From Nitrospirota bacterium (GTDB taxonomy: Bacteria > Nitrospirota > UBA9217), in assembly GCA_963840455.1 (NCBI GenBank), contig CAWIYV010000011.1, positions 736,001 through 800,000 of the forward strand: DNA of 64,000 bases. The letters are read 5' to 3'. The notes beneath the pieces are model-generated. The model was not told the DNA's origin. It made no database searches and saw nothing but the letters and a program-made list of their open reading frames with translations. Positions 20,687 through 28,899 of the stretch are shown one piece after another (positions within the stretch are counted from its first letter, which is position 1; each line of letters opens with the position of its first letter). Position numbers and translations under genes: made by a program.

Positions 20687-21556
20687 ATGGCAGCAATATC
20701 CGCATCTGCAGTCAAGGACCTGCGCGAAAAGACCGGCGTGGGCATGATGGAAGCGAAAAAGGCGCTCGAAGAGGCCGGCGGGGACGCTGAGAAGGCGGTC
20801 GACATCCTCCGCAAGAAGGGGCTCTCTGCGGCGGCGAAGAAGGCGGCGCGCATCGCCTCCGAAGGCATGATCGCCTCGGCGCAGAAGGGCTCGGTCGGCG
20901 TGCTGATCGAGGTGAACAGCGAGACCGACTTCGTGGCGAAGAACGAGGAGTTCCAGAAGTTCGCCAGGGGCCTGGCGCTGCTCGCGGCAGAGAAGGCGCC
21001 GGCCGATGTTGCAGCCCTCTCCCAGCTCACGCTCGATGGCGAAAATGTCGAGGCCAAGCGCAACGCACTGGTCCAGAAGATCGGCGAGAACATCTCGATC
21101 CGGCGGTTCGAGCGGTTCCAGACGAACGACAGCCTTGCGATCTACCTCCATGGCACCAAGATCGGCGTGATGGTGGAGTACGCGGGCGGCGACGAACAGC
21201 TGGGCAAGGACATCGCCATGCACATCGCCGCGGCCAACCCGTCCTACCTTTCCCGCGATACGGTCGCTGCCGACGCAGTCGCCCGGGAGCGCGCGATCTG
21301 CGAGGCCCAGGCAAAGGAGACCGGCAAACCGGCGAACGTCATCGGCAAGATCGTGGACGGCAAGATGGAGAAGTTCTACGGCGACAACTGCCTCCTGGAG
21401 CAGATCTTCGTCAAGGACCCGGACGGCAAGCAGAAGGTCAAGAACATCTTGAAAACCGCAACGGTCAAGCGATTCACCCGGCTTCAGCTCGGCGAGGGTA
21501 TCGAGAAGAAGAAGGCCGATTTCGCCGAGGAAGTGGCCGCGCAGCTGAAGCAGTAG
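20687..21556 (+). CDS. tsf: Elongation factor Ts
   Basis: VKDLREKTGVGMM, EVNSETDFVA. Confidence 0.98.
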   Translation: MAAISASAVKDLREKTGVGMMEAKKALEEAGGDAEKAVDILRKKGLSAAAKKAARIASEGMIASAQKGSVGVLIEVNSETDFVAKNEEFQKFARGLALLAAEKAPADVAALSQLTLDGENVEAKRNALVQKIGENISIRRFERFQTNDSLAIYLHGTKIGVMVEYAGGDEQLGKDIAMHIAAANPSYLSRDTVAADAVARERAICEAQAKETGKPANVIGKIVDGKMEKFYGDNCLLEQIFVKDPDGKQKVKNILKTATVKRFTRLQLGEGIEKKKADFAEEVAAQLKQ

Positions 21557-21651
21557 CGCGCGACGTGACGGGCGGGCCGCAGCCCGCTATGGTCCAGGAC
21601 AACGCTCTTCGACTCTTCCCGCCCTTCCGGCGGGACCAACGGCGCAGGTGA

Positions 21652-22374
<723 letters not shown>

Positions 22375-22381
22375 TACTGCT

Positions 22382-22945
22382 ATGGTGAACGAGCTTATCA
22401 AAAAGGCCGACGACAAGATGAACAAGGCCCACGACACCCTGAAGCGGGAGTTCGCCGCCATCAGGACTGGCCGGGCGTCCCTCGGCATCCTCGACGGCAT
22501 CATAGTGGATTACTATGGCACGCCCACGCCGCTGAATCAGGTGGCGAACCTCGCCGTGCCGGACCCCAAGACGATAACCATCCAGCCCTTTGAGCCCAAA
22601 CTGCTGAGCGAGATCGAAAAGGCCATCCAGAAATCGGACGTCGGGCTCAATCCCGGCAACGACGGCAAGGTCATCCGGCTGTCCATCCCGCCCCTTACCG
22701 AGGAGCGTCGGCATCAGATCGTGAAGCACGCGAAGAAGCTCGCCGAGGACACCCGCGTGGCCTGCCGGAACATCCGTCATGAGGCCATCAACGACCTGAA
22801 GAAGAAAGCGAAGGACAAGGATTCCCACGTATCCGAGGACCAGGTCAAGAAGGTCCAGGACGAGATCCAGAAGCTCACGGACAGCCATATCAAAAAGCTC
22901 GACGAGCTGCTTGCCCACAAGGAAAAAGAGATCATGACCGTGTGA
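22382..22945 (+). CDS. frr: Ribosome recycling factor
   Basis: IRTGRAS, PPLTEERR, KEKEIM. Confidence 0.98.
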   Translation: MVNELIKKADDKMNKAHDTLKREFAAIRTGRASLGILDGIIVDYYGTPTPLNQVANLAVPDPKTITIQPFEPKLLSEIEKAIQKSDVGLNPGNDGKVIRLSIPPLTEERRHQIVKHAKKLAEDTRVACRNIRHEAINDLKKKAKDKDSHVSEDQVKKVQDEIQKLTDSHIKKLDELLAHKEKEIMTV

Positions 22946-22966
22946 TGCGCGGCAGGAGGAGCGACC

Positions 22967-23350
22967 ATGCTGAAGAGACCGTTCGCCAGGATCCTTTCGC
23001 TGTACCTCATCGTCGCCCTGTTCGCGCTCGCCTTTCCGGCGCAAGGATGGGCCATGATCGTTCCCGCGGACCAGGCAGAAACGCGGTCGGCAGACCTGGC
23101 GAAGGTCCAGACAGCGCTCGAATCCTCGGTGGTCAGGCAGAGGCTCCTTGACTACGGCCTCACGCCCGACGAGGCGACAAAACGGCTGGGAGCCCTCTCG
23201 GACGAGCAGATGCACCAATTTGCCGCACACATGGATGCGGTGCAGGCAGGCGGCGATGTTCTCAGCGATGTGCTCGTCATCCTGTTGATCGTGGTCATCG
23301 TCATTGCCATCCTCGAGCTGACCGGCCACCACGTCGTTATCAGGCATTAA
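22967..23350 (+). CDS. PA2779-like exported small protein, paralog 1
   Basis: Signal peptide, LSDEQMHQF...QAGG, hydrophobic C-terminal helix. Confidence 0.8.
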   Translation: MLKRPFARILSLYLIVALFALAFPAQGWAMIVPADQAETRSADLAKVQTALESSVVRQRLLDYGLTPDEATKRLGALSDEQMHQFAAHMDAVQAGGDVLSDVLVILLIVVIVIAILELTGHHVVIRH

Positions 23351-23387
23351 AACGCGGGCAGTCATCCCTGCATTCAGGAGGTGTTGT

Positions 23388-23810
23388 ATGAAGCACATGC
23401 TCAGAGCGTTCTATACCCGGCCTCTTGTCATCTACCTCGTCCTTGCGCTCGTTGCCATCTCGACCGCAGCCGGACCCGCCGAGGCCATGCTCCTGCCGGT
23501 CTCCCCGGACGCAGCACCGGGTGCTCCGGCCTATGACCGCGCCGCTGACCTCGCAACGGTCCAGAAGACCCTCGAATCCAAAGAACTCCGGCAGAAGCTC
23601 CTGGACTACGGACTCACGCCTGAAGAGACCGAGGCCCGCATCGCTGCCCTTTCCGACGAACAGCTCCACCAGCTCTCCGCAAACCTGGACTCGGTCCAGG
23701 CCGGCGGCGATAGCGTCCTTGGCATCCTTCTGGGCCTTGTGATCATCGCGCTCCTGGTGGTGCTGATCATCTACCTCCTCGAAGGCCGGATCGAGATCAA
23801 GAAAAAATGA
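23388..23810 (+). CDS. PA2779-like exported small protein, paralog 2
   Basis: Signal peptide ending AEA, LSDEQLHQL...QAGG, hydrophobic C-terminal helix with KKK tail; RBS AGGAGG. Confidence 0.8.
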   Translation: MKHMLRAFYTRPLVIYLVLALVAISTAAGPAEAMLLPVSPDAAPGAPAYDRAADLATVQKTLESKELRQKLLDYGLTPEETEARIAALSDEQLHQLSANLDSVQAGGDSVLGILLGLVIIALLVVLIIYLLEGRIEIKKK

Positions 23811-24394
23811 TCCCTGACGGGAAGAACACAAAGGCCGTGAACAGCATACTGTCTGCTCACGGCCTTTTTTTGCTTGGTGCGATCGTCCTTGCGGCGGGGT
23901 GCGGGGGGAAAAGCTTCGAAGCCATCAGGCCCGGCATCGAGGCGCGGGGCCACTACATCGGCGGCGTCCCTTTCTTCCGGCAGACCGGACATGATTGCGG
24001 CCCGGCGGCACTCGCCGGCATCCTCGCATTCTACGGCAGGCCCGTGGACCTGGAAACGATAACCGCGAGCATCTATCTGCCCAAACTCCGGGGGACCCTG
24101 CCCATGGACCTCGAGCGCTACGCCAAGGACGCGGGGCTCAAGACAGCATCGTCAGACGGGACCACCGACGACCTGAGATCCGCTGTCAGGAGCAATACTC
24201 CGATCATCTGCCTCCTTGACCTGGGCTTGGGACCGTACCGGCAGCCGCATTATGTGACGATCATCGGCTTCGATGATGGGAACGGACTGTTCATCATGCA
24301 CGATGGCGTTACCCCGGACAGGACCATGCCCTATGAGGGCTTTGAGGAAAAATGGGCGCGGGCAGGACGATGGATGATCGTGATCAAACCCTGA
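23807..24394 (+). CDS. C39-like cysteine peptidase lipoprotein (PA2778-like)
   Basis: Lipobox LAAGC; VPFFRQTGHDCGPAALA, PHYVTIIG, HD catalytic residues. Confidence 0.85.
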   Translation: MIPDGKNTKAVNSILSAHGLFLLGAIVLAAGCGGKSFEAIRPGIEARGHYIGGVPFFRQTGHDCGPAALAGILAFYGRPVDLETITASIYLPKLRGTLPMDLERYAKDAGLKTASSDGTTDDLRSAVRSNTPIICLLDLGLGPYRQPHYVTIIGFDDGNGLFIMHDGVTPDRTMPYEGFEEKWARAGRWMIVIKP

Positions 24395-24460
24395 GGGCAG
24401 GGAGATCATGGCTGTCTCGACCACCCCAGCCTTTACTACCAAAAGGAAGTGACCAGGAGC

Positions 24461-25117
24461 ATGCCCCAGCGCGTCGTACATTATGCCGTTTTCCTGCTCG
24501 CATTGCTGTTCTCCGGCTGCTCCCTCCCGCAGATCATCGTGCTGCATGACCCGCTCTCGGCCGAGGAACACATCAAGCTCGGCGGCATTTACGATTCCCA
24601 GGGAAAGACCGGGCTCGCGCGTGAACAGTACCGCTTCGCGGTGCGACAGGACCCGAAGAACGGCCGGGCGTGGTCTCTGCTGGGCGACATCGCTTACCGG
24701 GAAAAGGACTATCCCGAAGCGGAGAAGGCATACGGGAAGGCACTGGACCTTGATCCGAAGAGCGGCGATCTTCACAACAATTTAGCATGGGTCTATGTCC
24801 AGCAGGACAGGAAACTGAGCAAGGCGCAGAACCTGGTCATGCGGGCTCTGGAACTCGCTCCCGACCACCGGCCTTACTACCTCGATACGCTCGGCGTCAT
24901 CCAGCTCAAGCTCGGAAAGATCCCGGACGCGATCACCTCGCTCCTGGAAGCGGCGGAAACAATCCCCCGGAGCCAGCCGGACCTCCTTGCCGAGGCCTAT
25001 CAGCATCTGGCGGACGCGTACCATACTGCAGGTGACAGTCTTGCAGCTGATAACGCCCTGGAACGACTGCGCCAACTGAAGCCCGTAACGCCAAAAGAGC
25101 CTGTCCTGCAGCCTTGA
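24461..25117 (+). CDS. TPR-repeat lipoprotein
   Basis: Lipobox LFSGC; TPRs (KALDLDP, NNLAW, YLDTLG). Confidence 0.85.
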   Translation: MPQRVVHYAVFLLALLFSGCSLPQIIVLHDPLSAEEHIKLGGIYDSQGKTGLAREQYRFAVRQDPKNGRAWSLLGDIAYREKDYPEAEKAYGKALDLDPKSGDLHNNLAWVYVQQDRKLSKAQNLVMRALELAPDHRPYYLDTLGVIQLKLGKIPDAITSLLEAAETIPRSQPDLLAEAYQHLADAYHTAGDSLAADNALERLRQLKPVTPKEPVLQP

Positions 25118-25133
25118 AAGAAACAGATTCCGC

Positions 25134-26543
25134 TGTTCTTCCAAAGTGATAATGTCGTATTTCTCCCAGGCAGAAATGTCGTATTGTCCTTCCGTCAAGG
25201 GAGGGCACGATGGGGAGAGGCATTATCACGATGAGCATGAAGGAAGCAAAGCGGTTACATCTTGTTCGTAAAGCCGTAGAGAAAAGGATAACCCAAGCAG
25301 AGGCGGCAGATATGGCTGGTTTATGCCTTCGACAGCTGCAGCGGATCATTCGGCGTGTCAGGAGGGAAGGCGATGCCGGGGTTTGCCATTGTGCTCGGGG
25401 GAGGAAGCCCAACAACCAGATAGCGGAGACGGTCAAAGACACGGTAATCGAACTTTGCCGCGAACGCTACCATGAGTTTGGTCCTACCCTCGCGAGCGAA
25501 AAGCTTCGGGAGAAGAACCGCATCAAGGTAAGCGTTGAGACCCTGCGGACCTGGTTTCTTGAGGCAGGGTTGCCGTACCGGCAGCGCAAGAGGCGGCCGC
25601 ACCGGCAGTGGCGGGAACGGAAAGCATGCCGGGGCGCCATGGTGCAGTTGGACGGTTCCCACCACGACTGGTTTGAGGGCCGCGGCCCGGCCTGCGTACT
25701 GATGGGATACGTGGACGATGCCACCGGTGAAGTATACGCCAGGTTCTATGATTACGAAGGTACGCTTCCAGCCATGGACAGCTTCAAAGGATATATCAGG
25801 CAGTACGGCATTCCTCAGAGCGTGTATTTAGACCGCCATTCGACCTATAAAGCGCCGGTTCAGTATCAGACGATCGAAGACCAGCTTGAAGGCCGACAGC
25901 TCATGAGCCAGTTCGAAAGAAGCCTTCAGGAACTCGGCGTGACGGTGATCCATGCCTATTCTCCGCAAGCCAAGGGGCGGGTGGAGCGGTTATTCGGGAC
26001 ATTTCAGGACCGGGTGATAAAAGAAATGCGGCTAGCAGGCATCAGAAGTAAAGACGAGGGGAATGCGTTTTTGGAAACCTACTTGCCTGGCTACAATCAG
26101 AGATATCGGGTATCTCCGGCGAAGGACACGGATCTCCACCGACCGTTTACAGATCGCAGGGAGTTGGAACGGATATTGTCCATTCGGACCGTGCGGGCAT
26201 TGCGCAATGACTTCACCATTGCTCATGACAAGAAGCTCTATCAGATCAAAGACAATATCCGGGCTAAGAAGGTGTTGGTGGAAGAGCGGACGGATGGTTC
26301 AATGCGGATTCTGCATAATGGGCAACGCTTGAGGTTTCAGAAGATTACTGCCCGGCCGGAAAAAGAACGTAGGGAGTCGCTGAAGCTGCACAAGACTTGG
26401 GATAGGGGAAAGCCGGCAGGGGCACATCCGTGGAGAGCGCCCCTTAACCTCGATCAGAAAGAAAAGACAGCAGTGTCCAGCACCTCTTAAAACAGGACAT
26501 TTCTGCTTTGGTAAGAATACGACATTTCTGCTTGGGCTTGACA
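25134..26543 (+). mobile_element. IS1202-family (formerly ISNCY) insertion sequence, 1410 bp
   Basis: TGT...ACA ends with repeated subterminal AATGTCGTATT-type motifs; 16-bp direct repeat aagaaacagattccgc at 25118-25133 and 26544-26559. Confidence 0.9.
25210..26490 (+). CDS. DDE transposase (IS1202/ISNCY family)
   Basis: N-terminal HTH, QLDGSHHDWFE, YLDRHS, SPQAKGRVERLFGTFQDR. Confidence 0.95.
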   Translation: MGRGIITMSMKEAKRLHLVRKAVEKRITQAEAADMAGLCLRQLQRIIRRVRREGDAGVCHCARGRKPNNQIAETVKDTVIELCRERYHEFGPTLASEKLREKNRIKVSVETLRTWFLEAGLPYRQRKRRPHRQWRERKACRGAMVQLDGSHHDWFEGRGPACVLMGYVDDATGEVYARFYDYEGTLPAMDSFKGYIRQYGIPQSVYLDRHSTYKAPVQYQTIEDQLEGRQLMSQFERSLQELGVTVIHAYSPQAKGRVERLFGTFQDRVIKEMRLAGIRSKDEGNAFLETYLPGYNQRYRVSPAKDTDLHRPFTDRRELERILSIRTVRALRNDFTIAHDKKLYQIKDNIRAKKVLVEERTDGSMRILHNGQRLRFQKITARPEKERRESLKLHKTWDRGKPAGAHPWRAPLNLDQKEKTAVSSTS

Positions 26544-26612
26544 AAGAAACAGATTCCGCTTGACTTTTCAGGCCGAATAATAGATATTTATATTTCCGTT
26601 TCGGCGGAAATC

Positions 26613-26688
26613 GGGCGGATAGCTCAGCTGGGAGAGCACAGCCCTTACAAGGCTGGGGTCACAGGTTCGATCCCTGTTCCGCCTACCA
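26613..26688 (+). tRNA. tRNA-Val (TAC)
   Basis: GGGCGGATAGCTCAG...CTTACAA...GGTTCGATCCC...CCA. Confidence 0.97.
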
Positions 26689-26756
26689 ATAGCAGCAACT
26701 TCGGATGACGGCTTTCCCGATCCGTACTCCGAAATTTTCAAATTGCACTCACCACG

Positions 26757-26833
26757 GGGGTGGTAGTTCAGCCGGTTAGAACGCCTGCCTGTCACGCAGG
26801 AGGTCGCGGGTTCGAGTCCCGTCCACCCCGCCA
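26757..26833 (+). tRNA. tRNA-Asp (GTC)
   Basis: GGGGTGGTAGTTCAG...CTGTCAC...GGTTCGAGTCCC...GCCA. Confidence 0.97.
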
Positions 26834-26940
26834 TTCATCGCCTGGAATTCCAGAACACCGCGCCGCAGTCACGTTCCTGTCTCCATTCTCCCGTCTCCCG
26901 TCTCCTGCATTGTATGTTATACTTTACCCGAGAGATTCCC

Positions 26941-28839
26941 ATGACCGAATTCGACATGCATCCCTGGCTCCAGAAGGTATCACAGCAATACCCGGGCAAG
27001 TTCGCAACCGCGAACATCATGTTCAGCAAGATCCACCCCGGGGACCACATCTTCATCGGCACCGGCTGCGGGGAACCGCAGTTCCTGGTCCGGTCCCTCA
27101 TCGAGTACGTCCAGTCCAATCCCAAGGCCTTCTTCGACACCGAGCTCCTGCAGGTCTGGGCCCTCGGCGTGGCGCCCTACGGGGACGAGAAGTTCAAGGA
27201 CAATTTCCGCTACAACTCGTTCTTCATCGGAAACAATACCCGTCAGGCGGTGAACAAAGGGCTCGCGGACTACACCCCCGTCTTCCTGTCCCAGGTCCCC
27301 TCGCTCTTCGCCCGCAGGATCGTGCCCGTGGACGTGGCGCTTATCCAGACCTCCTTCCCCGACGAGCACGGGTTCCTGAGCCTAGGCATCAGCGTGGACA
27401 TCGTGAAAGCGGCGGTCGAGAACGCGTCGCTGGTCGTCGCCCAGGTGAATGTCGAGATGCCCCGCGTCCACGGCGAGACCTTCATCCACATCCGGGATGT
27501 GGACTACCTGGTCCCCGGGAATGAGCCGCTCCTCGAGTTCACCAGCGTCGTGTCCGATGAGATCGCCGAACGCATCGGGAAGTACGTCGCCCGCATCGTA
27601 CAGGACGGCGACACCATCCAGGTGGGCTACGGCAGCATCCCGAACGCGATCCTGTCGCACCTGAAGGACAAGAAGCACCTCGGGGTCCACACCGAGCTCA
27701 TGACCGACGGGATCGTCGAGCTCATGCGGACGGGAGTGGTCGACAACTCGCAGAAGGACCTGAACCGCGGCAAGACCGTGGCCGCGTTCTGCATGGGAAA
27801 ACGCGAGACCTACCGGTACCTGCATGACAACCCGGCGGTCGAGTTCCGGCAGGTGAATTACACCAACAATCCAACGGTCCTGGCGCGCCAGCGGAACATG
27901 ACGGCCATCAACAGCGCGCTGGAGATCGACCTCACCGGCCAGGCCACGGCCGAGTCCATCGGCGAGATCTTTTACAGCGGCATCGGCGGCCAGGCCGACT
28001 TCATGCGCGGCGCCATCCTCTCGCCGGGCGGCAAGACGATCCTCGCCATCCAATCCACGGCGGAGAACGGCGAGGTCTCGCGCATCGTCCCCTTCGTGAA
28101 GGAAGGCGCGGGCATTACCCTGGGACGAGGCGACATCCACTACGTGGTGACCGAGTACGGCATCGCCTACCTGCACGGCAAGAACATCCGCGAGCGCGCC
28201 ATGGACCTCATCTCCATCGCCCACCCGAAGTTCCGGCCCATGCTCATCGGGGAGGCCAAGCGCCGGCACCTCATCTACCGCGACCAGCTCTACATCACCG
28301 GCGAAGGAGGCGAGTATCCCGAGCACCTCGAAGCGCACCGCACGACCCACCGCGGCTTCGCCGTGTTCTTCCGGCCGGTGCGGATGAATGATGAGCACCT
28401 CCTGAAGGACTTCTTCTACCAGCTCACGAACGACAGCATGTACCACCGCTTCATCTCGATGCGGACCGACATGCCTCACGAGCGGCTCCAGAAATTCGTG
28501 GCCATCGACTACCGGCGGGAGATGGTGATCCTGGCGACGATCGAGCAGGAGGGGAAAGAGGTCGCGGTCGGGATGGGGCAGTACATGATCGACGAGAAGA
28601 GCCATACGGCGGAAGTGGCCTTCGTGGTGCTTGACGTGTACCAGGGCAAGGGCATCGGCGCGGAGCTGCTCACCTACCTCACGTTCCTTGCCAAGAAGCA
28701 GGGGCTCCTCGGCTTCGCCGCAACCGTGCTCCAGGACAACAAACCCATGCTCCACTTGTTCGAGAGCATGGGTTTTGAGATTGAAAAACGGCTCGATGCC
28801 GGTACCTACGAGCTCATCATGTCCTTCAGGGAAACCTGA
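26941..28839 (+). CDS. Acetyl-CoA hydrolase/CoA-transferase fused to a C-terminal GNAT domain
   Basis: LGVHTE, SGIGGQADF, YVVTEYG (Cat2/Ach1 family) plus AEVAFVV...QGKGIG GNAT motif A. Confidence 0.9.
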   Translation: MTEFDMHPWLQKVSQQYPGKFATANIMFSKIHPGDHIFIGTGCGEPQFLVRSLIEYVQSNPKAFFDTELLQVWALGVAPYGDEKFKDNFRYNSFFIGNNTRQAVNKGLADYTPVFLSQVPSLFARRIVPVDVALIQTSFPDEHGFLSLGISVDIVKAAVENASLVVAQVNVEMPRVHGETFIHIRDVDYLVPGNEPLLEFTSVVSDEIAERIGKYVARIVQDGDTIQVGYGSIPNAILSHLKDKKHLGVHTELMTDGIVELMRTGVVDNSQKDLNRGKTVAAFCMGKRETYRYLHDNPAVEFRQVNYTNNPTVLARQRNMTAINSALEIDLTGQATAESIGEIFYSGIGGQADFMRGAILSPGGKTILAIQSTAENGEVSRIVPFVKEGAGITLGRGDIHYVVTEYGIAYLHGKNIRERAMDLISIAHPKFRPMLIGEAKRRHLIYRDQLYITGEGGEYPEHLEAHRTTHRGFAVFFRPVRMNDEHLLKDFFYQLTNDSMYHRFISMRTDMPHERLQKFVAIDYRREMVILATIEQEGKEVAVGMGQYMIDEKSHTAEVAFVVLDVYQGKGIGAELLTYLTFLAKKQGLLGFAATVLQDNKPMLHLFESMGFEIEKRLDAGTYELIMSFRET

Positions 28840-28899
28840 ACTGTATCCTCTTAAATCCTATAACCGTCCGCCAGCTATCCCACCGCAATCGAATACCTT

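Noticed and set aside
26880-26907. Heptamer tandem tctcccg-tctcccg-tctcctg (similar short runs near 50705 and 51105)
   Set aside because: Only 2-3 degenerate units; too weak to call.
26613-26941. Genomic island integrated at tRNA-Val/Asp
   Set aside because: No integrase and no duplicated tRNA 3' end seen; downstream genes have host-like composition.
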